From an uncultured Candidatus Poseidoniales archaeon (GTDB lineage Archaea; Thermoplasmatota; Poseidoniia; Poseidoniales; Poseidoniaceae): a DNA stretch of 64,000 nucleotides. The first letter of the stretch is position 1. Each line of letters opens with the position of its first letter. This document shows, piece by piece, positions 1 to 11,600 of the stretch. The translations under genes were made by a program, and so were the position numbers. The DNA lies in the NCBI GenBank assembly GCA_905181715.1, contig CAJIYT010000009.1:2146-66145 (forward strand), in the 5' to 3' direction. The notes below the pieces were generated by a model. It saw only the letters and a list, made by a program, of their open reading frames with translations. It ran no database searches and was not told where the DNA came from.

Positions 1-557
1 TACCAGTGACAACCCCAGCGGAATCATCTACCAATATGATTATTGGAATTCAGCAATACAGTCGCCTGCAAGTTGAGGCCGATGTGCCCTTCCTACAATT
101 GCAACCAAAGACCGATCATAATTTCATGTTCAAGGTTTCTAACCAAGGAAATCAGGTTGACAAATTTAAGGTTGGAGTGACGGATGAGACGATGGCTAAA
201 CTCGAGTCTGCTGATTTCCAAATTTCGATGCCGGTTGTGTCTACTGAGATCAATGCTCAAGATCAACCTGTAAACGTTCGAGTCATGGTACGCACTCCAA
301 AGAACCAAGGATGGTCTGACGAATACCATACTCTAGAATTCTTTGCTGAAAGCGTATTCTCTTGCACCTATGAGTTGACTGGATGTAACCGTATGTCACA
401 GCCTATCACGATTTATGTGCGCGGAGTTTATCTGCCAGGTTTCGAATTGATACCATCCCTCTCGATGGTTGCTCTTGCAGCCGCAGCGATTGCACGGCGA
501 AAGCTTGGCAACGAAGATGATGAAGAGGAGTGGTTTGAAGCCGCCCCTGGACTTTGA
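1..557 (+). CDS. Partial (5'-truncated) surface protein with Ig-like region and PGF-CTERM-like sorting signal
   Basis: Frame open from the window edge; ends LPGFELIPSLSMVALAAAAIARRK (PGF, hydrophobic helix, basic cluster) followed by an acidic tail. Confidence 0.7.
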   Translation, partial: PVTTPAESSTNMIIGIQQYSRLQVEADVPFLQLQPKTDHNFMFKVSNQGNQVDKFKVGVTDETMAKLESADFQISMPVVSTEINAQDQPVNVRVMVRTPKNQGWSDEYHTLEFFAESVFSCTYELTGCNRMSQPITIYVRGVYLPGFELIPSLSMVALAAAAIARRKLGNEDDEEEWFEAAPGL

Positions 558-646
558 TTGCATCAATCAACTTGTAACCTCTCGCTGAGGGGTTGATTTG
601 ATAAGAGGGAAGGTTTCAACCATTTCTGCAGGTAGGTTGTATTATC

Positions 647-1873
647 ATGAGTGGACTTCTAGATAAAGCGAACAAAGAAGCTGATAAAGAAGCGGGCCAT
701 GAGGCAGGTAAAGAAGACATTAAGGCGATGTCTCCACCGAAAGAAGCGGTCATTGAAACTAAATCATTAGCTAAAGTTGTCATTAAGGCCAGCGAGGAAC
801 CAGTTTCTTTGGAAACTGCTTTAGCGACTCCACCAATTAATGCTTTGTTACTACAACTGGCAGGAATAGTTGGATTATTGATAGTATCATTCTTGATATT
901 TTATACTAAATATGTTAATATTTTCCTCTTTGGTTTCCTATTGGCTGGGACTTGGGGGATTTTTGCAATCGGTGAGAAACTGATGGGTCGCCTAGACACG
1001 ACAAAAATAGCGGCATCTATCACCATCTGGATCGTCTTAGCTGCTGCTGCTAGCGGTGCTAGTTTCCTTATTGGTTCGAACAAAGTCATTGTCGGCAGTG
1101 TGTCCTTCGACGACACTAACGATGAGTTAGATATTGTTCTCTTTGGTACATCGGGCACTTCGTTCAATCTTTCAATCCTCTACGATGATGTCGAAGTATG
1201 GGGGGAAAGCGGTGAGATTAATCTTGACCGCACCACAATTTCGGCTCCGATTGCCGAAGTATTCCAAGGAAATACTGTTAATCATCTCAAAGAGACCATT
1301 TCCACTTACCAAGTGAGGGTAACATCAGGCGAGTCTATTGATTATTTGACAATCAATCCCCAACTAATGAATCATGAGGCTAATGCTGGTATTGTTGAAA
1401 TCTACGAATTAACTGGAGATGATAATGGTAATATTGTCCATCAAGGCATGGAAGTCAGTCTAGTAGTAGGTATTGGAGACACCACTGAACCTTACACTAT
1501 GTATGCTGATAATGGTAGTTTTTCTGGCACTCCTCCAGTCCCAATTACTTCAGATTATTCTATCTCAGTCAAGGTTATTTTTGACTCCTCTGCTACAGTT
1601 TATACCTATACCACAATGACTGTTGAGAATGGTTTTGCCTCAGGTATAGGCGAGTTTGGTGCCAGTTGGGTTTTATTGCCAGGTAGCGTTGGAAATAACC
1701 TGAAGAAAGATTCCTTCTATGACGATGATGGTTGCTATACCTTTGAGGTAACTATTACCAATGAGGCTACTGGATCAATAATAAGTGATTCAAGGTCAAA
1801 GGTCGATTTAAGTTGGAATGATAACGACTCCGATGATGAGACCTCCAATAATCAGAAGGCAGCCGCTTGCTGA
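647..1873 (+). CDS. Hypothetical membrane protein (charged N-terminus, ~3 TM helices, acidic beta-rich external domain)
   Basis: 408-aa ORF; hydrophobic segments at about aa 66-143; D/E/T/S-rich remainder. Confidence 0.75.
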   Translation: MSGLLDKANKEADKEAGHEAGKEDIKAMSPPKEAVIETKSLAKVVIKASEEPVSLETALATPPINALLLQLAGIVGLLIVSFLIFYTKYVNIFLFGFLLAGTWGIFAIGEKLMGRLDTTKIAASITIWIVLAAAASGASFLIGSNKVIVGSVSFDDTNDELDIVLFGTSGTSFNLSILYDDVEVWGESGEINLDRTTISAPIAEVFQGNTVNHLKETISTYQVRVTSGESIDYLTINPQLMNHEANAGIVEIYELTGDDNGNIVHQGMEVSLVVGIGDTTEPYTMYADNGSFSGTPPVPITSDYSISVKVIFDSSATVYTYTTMTVENGFASGIGEFGASWVLLPGSVGNNLKKDSFYDDDGCYTFEVTITNEATGSIISDSRSKVDLSWNDNDSDDETSNNQKAAAC

Positions 1874-3475
1874 TTACTGTGAACGGTTTCGCATTATCAC
1901 AGTTCCACCGCCGATTGCAATGATGACTGCAATCAATATCGGATAGAACAGGTTAGATCCTTCATCATCAACTGCTTCCCAAGTCACTGGTGTCGAACTA
2001 GTGCTTGCATTGGTGCCAACAAAATCTCCACTCTTAAATTGGGTAGGGATAATTAATTTGCAATCGAGAACCACATCGTCACCGGCACTATTGCGCCAGT
2101 TTACTGGGACCATTGCAGTTCCACCCGCAGCAACGTTGATAGTTGGTGTTGATGGTGCGATATTTGCATATTCACCATCGACAAAACACTCTATGCGAAC
2201 TGAGGCATCTGTTGCTCCAGAATTTGCCACATGAATCTGTACACCAAGGGTGAAATTTGCATCGCCTTTATCGTCTGCAGGCTCAACAGATGTGATGGCG
2301 ACATTAGGTAGTGGGATATTGATCAACACTTCATTGGTATGTGGGACCATGCTTACAGTTGCTGAGAATTTACCCCATATTGTATCAACTGAAACGGTGG
2401 CTGATGCTTGTTCAGTGCCGTAAAGACCATTCCCATCTTGCCATTCGACAATGCGCTCCACTTTCGAGTTGGCAATGGAGATGCGTCCATCACAGTCATC
2501 AGGAGAGAGTGCGCTACAATCCAGTCGGTCACCAGTTGAATTACCAGCAAAATATCCGATTCCTGTTGTAGTGACAATAGCCTCAGGTACGTCTACGAGG
2601 AACTCTCGGTTAGATAGCAAACGAATCCAATTGTCGACTATGCCTCCGGTACCTATGCTATTGGTCCAACTAATAATTGCTGAATCGTGAGCGACGATGT
2701 CCTCATCGGTTCTACTACCGGTCATTGTTGAATCTGCAATGTTCAGAGATGCTGAATTAGATATTTCGATAGGTCCACTCGAGGTAAGAGTTGAACCAAT
2801 AATGGTACAAGAACCCTCGCAAATAATCTCCCCTCCTATCAATTCCGAATTATTGACAGTCAATGTTCCTTTGACGATCAAATGCCAAAGTGCAGTATCA
2901 GATTCACTAATCAATTGGGTTTCATTTCCGGATAAGAGTTCAGGGGTTACAACGGACTGACTTGATCCATCGGATAATTGAATTTCTGCAATATGAATAT
3001 ACTGCCATGGATGGGTGAATTCAATAGTGACATTATCGCCTGAAAGATCTGCTGGCATGGTTATTTCCCTGCCGGTGACGTTGACTTCTGTGTTACCATC
3101 GATGGTGATGTTGAGGTTGGCCCATCCAGCAACATCCTCGCTGAACTTTATTTTCACATTACCATCTGGACCCATGGTGGTAACAGGGACTACCACAGTT
3201 GCACTATTGTTGATCTTCAATTTGTATGTGGCAAGCCCTTGCAATTTAGCGCCATCCATCTCCAATGTAGAACCAGCTTCAACCGTGATAGTGTGGTCAG
3301 AAGTAGTTGTGATGTCCCCATTTACGATTAGGGTACTATTTCCACTGATGGTAGTGTTTTCTGTCAAGCTAATCTCCCCTGACCATGTGGTGTTTTCTTC
3401 AATAGATCCACCTGCTGCTAAAGCTGGGCTAACTAATAATATAGCTATCATCAAGACGACGAAAGTTCCTCGCAT
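1874..3475 (-). CDS. Secreted, C-terminally anchored surface protein (beta-helix-like N-terminus, CARDB-like domain before the TM helix)
   Basis: Signal peptide MRGTFVVLMIAILLVSPALA; ENTTWSGEISL start; C-terminal TM LFYPILIAVIIAIGGGTVIM then RNR. Confidence 0.75.
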   Translation of the reverse strand: MRGTFVVLMIAILLVSPALAAGGSIEENTTWSGEISLTENTTISGNSTLIVNGDITTTSDHTITVEAGSTLEMDGAKLQGLATYKLKINNSATVVVPVTTMGPDGNVKIKFSEDVAGWANLNITIDGNTEVNVTGREITMPADLSGDNVTIEFTHPWQYIHIAEIQLSDGSSQSVVTPELLSGNETQLISESDTALWHLIVKGTLTVNNSELIGGEIICEGSCTIIGSTLTSSGPIEISNSASLNIADSTMTGSRTDEDIVAHDSAIISWTNSIGTGGIVDNWIRLLSNREFLVDVPEAIVTTTGIGYFAGNSTGDRLDCSALSPDDCDGRISIANSKVERIVEWQDGNGLYGTEQASATVSVDTIWGKFSATVSMVPHTNEVLINIPLPNVAITSVEPADDKGDANFTLGVQIHVANSGATDASVRIECFVDGEYANIAPSTPTINVAAGGTAMVPVNWRNSAGDDVVLDCKLIIPTQFKSGDFVGTNASTSSTPVTWEAVDDEGSNLFYPILIAVIIAIGGGTVIMRNRSQ

Positions 3476-3523
3476 ACCACTTGGAATAGTAGTGGGCACA
3501 TCAATGGTGCGCATGTTTGCACA

Positions 3524-4180
3524 TCAGTAAGGCACATCTTTCCAACCTAATTTATAGCCAATTAAGTTGAAAGATCGGTGGAGTATTGGAGTTATTAAGA
3601 CAATGCCAATCATTGCAGGGATGATTTGTACGTCGCTGTGAAGTGTGCCGGGGAAGAGGATTAAACCAAATATGAATACACTAATTGCAAACGGTAAGGT
3701 GTCCAGTAATGGGGCTTTAGATGAGGTGTCACCTTCACGCTTCATTCCTCTTCTTCGCTTGATATAAGAGCCAGAAAGATCGCCAACTAATGATGTGAAT
3801 CCCAAAAGAGTTCCCAGGATAAATGCGCCAACTGCTCCTCCTGCAAAGAAATACCAGCCGTTTCCATCAACAGGATCGAAGAATGGTGCGCTACTCGATG
3901 CATCTAACACCAATCCCATCACCACACACAGCAGACCTGATGTGAGTGAACCTCCAATCAAACCATTCCATGTTTTGCCATCACCTAATATCCGATTCCC
4001 ATCTTTGTGTGTTCTTCCACCATCGATTGGCCACGGGCCGTATCCTGTCTTTGGTAACCATTTGCCCCACATCATTGCAAATGTGTTTACCAAAAAACCA
4101 GGGAGATAAATCCACAGAACCACCAACATCTGCATGAGGAATACCAAGTCTTCGAAGGGCGGAGTGCCTTGAGTGGTCAT
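3524..4180 (-). CDS. carS: CDP-archaeol synthase
   Basis: PIDGGR..DG.RILGDGKTW.G and GDLSGSYIKRRRG..LLD motifs of the CarS/DUF46 family; SD GGAGTGA upstream of ATG 4180. Confidence 0.92.
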   Translation of the reverse strand: MTTQGTPPFEDLVFLMQMLVVLWIYLPGFLVNTFAMMWGKWLPKTGYGPWPIDGGRTHKDGNRILGDGKTWNGLIGGSLTSGLLCVVMGLVLDASSSAPFFDPVDGNGWYFFAGGAVGAFILGTLLGFTSLVGDLSGSYIKRRRGMKREGDTSSKAPLLDTLPFAISVFIFGLILFPGTLHSDVQIIPAMIGIVLITPILHRSFNLIGYKLGWKDVPY

Positions 4181-4274
4181 ACTCACTCCTTTGGTTGGCA
4201 GCATAAGAATCTCGCCATTTGTCAGTTCAATTTGTCGCGATAGAATGATGAGGTCTACCCACTACGATTGCGAT

Positions 4275-5528
4275 ATGAGTGAGCGATGTGTGCTTGTTGT
4301 CGGTGGTGGGGGTCGAGAACATGCAATCTGCAAAGGCTTATTTTCAGCGGATAGTGTTTCCAGTATCCACTGCACTCCGGGAAATGCCGGCACATCTGAC
4401 TTTGCTACTAATCACGATATTTCAGCTTCAGACATAGAGGGTTTGATTTCTCTTGCAAGTCAATTGGCTTGTGATTTGGTAGTCGCAGGCCCAGAAGCCC
4501 CACTGTGTGCTGGATTGGCGGATTCCCTCGCAGTTGTAGGCATCCCCTGTTTCGGACCTGTTGCAGCATTAGCACATCTAGAGGGTTCCAAGGTATTTGC
4601 AAAGCAGGTTATGGCAGAAAATGGCGTACCTACTGCGCCCTTTATTCTTCTAGATGATTCATCAGATATCGATGCGGCTCTCGATGGTTTTTCCAGCGAC
4701 CCCTGGGTGGTTAAGCGGGATGTTCTCGCCGGTGGCAAGGGTGTTGTGGTTACTGCAGATCGGGATACAGCCAAGGATTTCATCAATAAATCGATTTCAA
4801 GTGATGGCCATGTCTTACTCGAGGGCTTTCTTGCTGGAGAAGAGGCTAGTTTACTGGTGGTTATGGACGGCTCGGGTTATGTATGTCTACCCGCAAGTCA
4901 AGATCACAAGCGTGAATTCGAAGGCGATAAAGGCCGTAATACAGGTGGTATGGGGGCATATGCTCCCGCTCCTGTTTACACTCCAGAAGTCGAAGCCAAA
5001 GCGATATTGCGAGTAGTGGAGCCGATGCATTCCTACCTCTCAAATTTAGAGACGCCCTACCGTGGCGTGCTTTACATCGGTTTGATGATAGATTCCTCTG
5101 GTGACCCATATGTGGTCGAGTTCAATGTTAGATTCGGTGACCCAGAATGTCAGGTCACTCTCCCTTTGATTGCTAGTGACCTAGGGACTCTTTTGGCAGC
5201 CGCAGCCTGTGATGAACTTCATACTCTTTCAGTTGACTTCCATAACGCCTGTGCGCTGACTGTTGTTTTGGCTGCCGACGGCTATCCGGGTACTGTCGGA
5301 AATGGTAAGGCGATAAATGGAATAAGTGCTTGTGAAGGAGGTTGGGTCAACCATGCTGCTACTGGGAGAAGTGCTGGAGAATTGATTTCTACAGGTGGCC
5401 GAGTTCTTGCCTGCACTGGGATTTCAAACGACCTGAAAGGGGCGGCGTCCATCGCTTATTCACTAATTGACAACATTACTCTTCAAGGTTCACACTACCG
5501 TCGAGACATTGGGCATCGCGCTCTGTGA
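4275..5528 (+). CDS. purD: Phosphoribosylamine--glycine ligase
   Basis: VLVVGGGGREHA, PGNAG, LEGSK.FAK, LAGGKGV, QDHKR, NTGGMGAY, EFNVRFGDPE and YRRDIG motifs. Confidence 0.97.
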   Translation: MSERCVLVVGGGGREHAICKGLFSADSVSSIHCTPGNAGTSDFATNHDISASDIEGLISLASQLACDLVVAGPEAPLCAGLADSLAVVGIPCFGPVAALAHLEGSKVFAKQVMAENGVPTAPFILLDDSSDIDAALDGFSSDPWVVKRDVLAGGKGVVVTADRDTAKDFINKSISSDGHVLLEGFLAGEEASLLVVMDGSGYVCLPASQDHKREFEGDKGRNTGGMGAYAPAPVYTPEVEAKAILRVVEPMHSYLSNLETPYRGVLYIGLMIDSSGDPYVVEFNVRFGDPECQVTLPLIASDLGTLLAAAACDELHTLSVDFHNACALTVVLAADGYPGTVGNGKAINGISACEGGWVNHAATGRSAGELISTGGRVLACTGISNDLKGAASIAYSLIDNITLQGSHYRRDIGHRAL

Positions 5529-5530
5529 AG

Positions 5531-5596
5531 TGATGACCTTGAGGACATGGTCATTTTCGGGCGACGGCATGGCCTTGTCCTCTATGATGGGTATCA
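5531..5596 (+). other. Long imperfect stem-loop directly after the purD stop (terminator/stability element or small RNA)
   Basis: GAGGACA-T-GGTCAT (5541-5554) pairs with ATGGCC-T-TGTCCTC (5569-5582), extendable outward. Confidence 0.45.
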
Positions 5597-5669
5597 TTAA
5601 AAGAAGGTCTAAAGTGGCGAAGTCGCTCTCAGCCTTCAGGCTGGGTGTTGAAATACTGAGGGAAACAAT

Positions 5670-8600
5670 ATGGAGAGAGAATCAGGCGACCAGAATGGTA
5701 CGTCGAAGGCACTGTTGGGGCTGCTAATTGCGCCCCTTGCAGTCCTATTGGCTCTAGCTGCGAATTGGATAGGCGGTTTCGGCTTATCCTTGGACACTGA
5801 CGGAATGTTCCCACTGCTTGCAGTGGCGGGTGCTGCGATGATCGGAATCGCACCACGAATTCTTCGTGAGAAGCAGATACTCACCCTTTCAAGCCAGCGA
5901 GTCTCCCTCATCGCTCTGGCCGTGACTGCTATTCTAGCGAAAGCAGTCCAGATGACAGGTGATTCAAATATTCTTGCGTTATTGGTTTTCATAACCATGT
6001 TCGGCGTTCAAGCCTTGGACGGTAAATCAAGGCATGAATGGGCGACAATCCTAACCTTTACTTCGGTTGGATTTGTTCTAGCAATGGCTGCTGGGGCATA
6101 TTATGGCGCAAATCAAGTCTCTGATTACACAGTTTACAGCAATGATGCTCCTTCGATTTATAATCGAATTAACGCTTTGCGTGAAGGTATGGCTTTCGTA
6201 TTCTTTACCATGTGGACCATAATGATAATTCTTGGTTTGCTAGTAGCAGTTCTCGCTCGTGGAGTTCTTAACCCCGAAAGCAAGGACGGCTGGTTTGGCC
6301 ACATCTCTCCACTCAAGGGTAAGTGGAACAAGACCACTCTGCCGCTTCAAATCGCACTATTGGTCTGGGCATCAGCACATGCTGCAACTCTTTGGTTCAT
6401 GAATAGTGTAACTGATGCAGATCGCCTTGGAATGGTTTACGAGGAAGGTTATCACGGATATATTGGCTTTTGGCCAGCTCTTCTTACAGGAATAATCGCA
6501 TTGATTGTTTCATACATGGTCGCAGAACGCTGGTTTACTCGAGCAATGATGACTACAGCAATGTGGATACTGTATCAGGTTTCGGCTTGGTATGATGCTG
6601 GATTATGGGAGAATGATAACTTCGAAGGAGCATGGGCTGTATGGATTTGGTTCGGTATAACCTTCGCACTCGGTGTAGTCATCTATTGGTTCAGCACCCA
6701 TGAGAAATATGGCGGCTGGATGAATCGCGAGATTCACGATCCGTCAGGTGCACGTAAATTCTGGTCTGCTCATTGGGCAGGAATTATGATATTCAGTGCC
6801 TTCATAATCGGGTTGGCAATTCGTATACAGTGGTATGCGGTTCCTTCGATGAATGCTTATGGGACTGCCACATGGGATATGACCGGTGGTTCTGACCCTT
6901 GGTACATGAAGCGTGTAGTGGATTACATCCTTGCTCAAAACGCACATCTTATCGTCGATGCTGATCGTTCTTACCCGTTGGGTGGAATCAATCCTCGACC
7001 GCCGTTATTCACTTGGTCGTTAGCTATTGGAGCAATGATTCTAACATCACTTCTTCAGATACCGGTTGGCGATGCTGCTTGGTGGTCAATGCTCGCTCTA
7101 CCTGCAATCTTTGGAGCCTTCATCATCTTCCCAATAGCAAGTATGGCAAAAGATCACTTCGGCAAGGGTGCTGGAGTAATCGCTGCTTGGTTAATCGCAT
7201 TCATGCCAAGTCACGTGACTCACAGTACTTGGGGTCTAGCAGATCACGATTCATTCGTTCTGCTCTTCCTTTCTGCTGGTTTCATGTATTACCTTCGAGC
7301 AGTAAAGCACGGAGGAGACGAGCGTCTTTCAAAGAGAATCTCGGCTAAACCTATCTCCTTGTTTAACGCAGTTGTAACCGTATTTGAGAAGAGGCCAAGA
7401 GCAGTAGCAAACGCTATTGCTGCTGGTGTTTGTATCGGATTGGTCGCACTAGGGTGGAAAGGGTTCGTATATGGGCCTGCTATCATCTTCTTGACTTATT
7501 CAATACAAGTCGCTTTGAATATGTTCAAGCGCCGTGACAGCACTATTATCACCACTCTCAATCTGGTGATGTTAGGTGTCATCTTCTTGATGACAATACC
7601 ATTCTATGCTCATCCACAAATGGATTTGGTTTGGAATTCTACTGGTCTTCAACCACTGATCTTCATAGCTATATTCACTTTAGCAATCGGTTTCATCACT
7701 ACTGGTTTCCGTGACAAGCCTTGGCTACTGGTTCTAGGGACACTATTCGTAGGTGGCACTATCTTCCTCAGTTTATTGGCTATGCTACAATATTTCGAAT
7801 TGTCAAATTCGTGGAATGTATTGACAACTGGCTCTGGATATTTCACCAAGAACAAGATTTTCGGAACAATTGCTGAGGCTAGTGCTCCTAATCGTGGAAT
7901 GCTATTCGCTAGTTTCGGACCTATTGTCTTCATACTCTCTCTCTCTATGGGAATCATTGCCATTTGGGAAGGATTGAAGCAGAAGCAACAAGTTCGCTTA
8001 GTATTGGGAATGTGGGTGCTAATAGCATCTTACATGGCTTGGTCTGCTGGTAGATTCGTATTCAATGCATCTCCAGCAATGGCTGTTCTTGGTGCATGGG
8101 GAGTAGTTTCCCTTTGGAGTTACAGTGGCGCTGGAAGTCTGTTAAAGGAATGGAGACGCTTAGGTATCCGTACTCCTGGTGACAGAATATCGGGTGCTCG
8201 CAAAGCACTTTGGCGTACACCTCAATTCAGTGCTATTGGTATGATTATGGTAATCTTGGTAAGTCAACATGCTACATACGGGCTAGATTCCGCTATCCCT
8301 GGTAGTTCTGAGCATGAATCTGGAATCGACGAGGACATCTATAACGTAATTCCTGGTTTACTGCGTTGGAACCAACTTGGATTTTCTCTTCTCGATGATA
8401 GTGATTATGAAAACTCAGGTGGCAGATGGTACCTTGGAAGTTTCGGTAGTGGATTCAATGATGAAGGCTGGAATAGAGCCTATGATTGGCTTTCACAACA
8501 AGATGCTAATGTGTCATATTCCGATAAGCCAGCTTTCGTCTCTTGGTGGGATTATGGTTTCCAAGCATTAGACAATGGTGAGCACCCATCCGTCTCTGAT

Positions 8601-11600
8601 AACTTCCAATCTGGAATCCCTAGTACAGGGAATATGCTATTGGCTCGAAATCAGGACGATTTAGTTGCAATGTTCATCTGGCAATTAGGAAAGGGAGACG
8701 TTTCATATAATTATCATAATGGTGGCGGATTGTCTTTTACTAGTTACTTTGAAAATAGTATGGTAAATCACTTAGGACAAGAGACCTTTGATATTATTGA
8801 ATCAATACAAACCAGTGAGGATTCAGCTACGACTTCAGTTCACGCATTCAAGGTTATTCAGACAAATGATAATCTAGTAATAGCCGAAGGACAAAATTTG
8901 GTAGATGGTCTTGTCAGCACTTCTGGCGAAAACGTCTTCAGAATTTATGAAGATGGAATTATTGTTCCTTGTGATTCAGATACCGCAACCACATGTGATG
9001 GCGATTCTTGGACTTCTTTCGATTCGGCAAATAGTTCATTCAACTACAAAGTACGAACTTCTAGAGATACAACCTATGAAAATACACATTACATATTTGG
9101 AGATTATTGGTACACCAACGATTTGGTTGATGAATTCAACTCCGTATCAACTCACATTCATCGTGATAATGCTAGACTTGCTACCGTCACTCAAATCCTG
9201 ACCAATAGTCTGGATTCAGAGGGATTGAACGATCTCTATGCTGATTTGATGGATAACCGTGTCTATACCGTGCAAGATCACGAGGGAGCTCCTGGTGAAA
9301 CAATTACTCGGAATCACGAGATACGTTACTTCGCAGTAGATCATCGACTTTATCCTAAAGCAGGACGCTATAATGCCGATGAAAACTTTAACGGTGGCAA
9401 TCCAACTGGGATTTTCACTGCTCCAACCATCCTTTCTGGCCAAGACTTCACTACTTTCATGTCTGAAGTCTACGAAACAGTTCGTGGTGAATTCCCCGAT
9501 GAGATGACACGTGCTGAGTTCGATGATGCAATGCAAAAAGATTACATCAATCAGCAATCAGGTTCAGATATAGATCCATTACAGTTGAGCGATGTTAGAA
9601 TCGATCACAAGGCTGAGTTCTTCAAGACCATGGTTGCAAGAACCTATGTTGGATATGGTGCATCTACCCTTGGGGTTGATACTGTCGGAATGAATCCCCA
9701 GCCGGGATTGCATATAGGTACTAGTGGTAGTCCAAACACATTCCTAACCAATGCTTTACCAATGCCTGGTGCAATGATGAATCACTTTGTAATCGCTAAT
9801 TGGTATGACAACTCTTCAGATAACACCCTCGGTTCGCAAGTACTTAGAGCCACTTCTCAAGTGAAGATACTGAAGTATTACTCTGGTGCTGAGATTTCTG
9901 GCACAGTGGAAATGGCCGAAGGAGGTCAAAATCTCGATGGTGTCAGACTTCTCTTTGAGCGCGATGCATTCAGTGGTGAGGATGAGACCGATAGAGATTC
10001 AGATAATTACTGGATTCCAATCGGTTCTACCGATGCCGATGCAGATGGTAGTTACTCGTTCTTAGCCCCTGCTGGTAAGATTAGAGTTTCAGCATATGTC
10101 GGTGATTTCGACCCAACTGCTGATAGATTATCTATCACTTCAGGTCAATTCGCTAGTGGTCTTTCTGATGTATTAGTCGAAGACAATGATGATCGCCAGA
10201 CCAATGCTATTACTGCGGTTCTCGGTCAGGTATCAAATATGACTTGGCTCGGTGAGAGTGTGATTAACGTCACTGGTCCACAAGCGGACCGTTTAGAACA
10301 GATTACCGACCCTGTCGATGTGCTTGTTTCAGGCACCGGAATCAAGGGGTTATTGGTTTGGAGTGGTCATGAGGATTTCGAAGGAGAGACCCTTGATGGT
10401 GCAGAGATAATTCTTGATAATATTTGGAATACAATGGCTAATATCTCTCTTACTTCAACTAGCGGTGCATTCAGCACTGATGAAGTGAGAATAATGGCTG
10501 GTTCTGGAGAGGTAATCTTTGACGAACCCGGTACCTTTACCACTAGTGATGGATTGGGCTATGTTACTAATTTCACCGGTAATTATACTCGCTTAATATC
10601 AGAGGGACGATCTTATTCTGCTAATGGAACTTGGACTGGCGCTGGTACTTTAGTCGCCTCTTGGCTCAATGCTAGCGGCATAATCACCTGTGAAAATCTA
10701 GATGATATTCCAGTCATGCCTGAAAACGAAACTATCTGTTCTACATCAGAAACAGACACCTACTATCTAACTGGTGAAGTGATTGCCAACGGAAGAATGA
10801 CAGCTGAAGGAGTAGTAACTCTACGCAAGGAATTGGTCGGTGAGAACTTTGAGGGTTCAGGTACTTTTGATGGAATAGGTACTATTAACGGAACTGGACA
10901 ATTCATCGGTTCAGGTTACTTCTCTGGTGATATAGTCAACCCTGGTTCATTCTACTTGAGCGACCTGGTCCCAGGTGAATATCAAGTGACAATAGTGTTG
11001 CCAAATAGCAGAAAACACGTCATGGATCAATCTTTAACTGTTCCAGTCAGTGTTTTAGAGGCCGACCTCTCAATTCCAGGATTCCTCTTTAGTGATGTTC
11101 TGTTGATGGATGATGGCACTCCAGTGGCCAACCAAACCATGGAAATCATCGATTTGACATTCGGAGATACGGAGTTTACGAGCATCAACACAGATGAAAA
11201 TGGGAACTTCTCAAACGGGCCAATGCTTCCTGGTGAATATTATTGGCGAGTCGACATTGATTCAGATGGTCTTTACGATGCCAATGAAACCTTTGCGATT
11301 TATGAAGGTGATGATGCAAACGTAACATTAATCGAAGGAATGCAAATCCAATATATGACTGATGTTACCGTTCAATTACGAGCTGTAGATTACTCCGATG
11401 GAGTGACAGAATTGCTTGATGTTGCAAATAGGGTTGTCACTTTCACTAATATTGATCTTGGTGCAGGAGAAAGTGTAGCGCAAACATTCAATGTGACTGC
11501 AAATGCCAGTGGTGTGCTGCAAGTTGAATTGACTCAAGGCACTTGGATTGCTTCTGATGACGGTGATGATTTACATGTGCTATGGCAAGAAATTGAAGTT

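Noticed and set aside
5530-5659. C/D box sRNA (GTGATGA ... CTGA)
   Set aside because: Boxes ~125 nt apart, too long for the typical 50-60 nt archaeal guide; internal D'/C' boxes unconvincing
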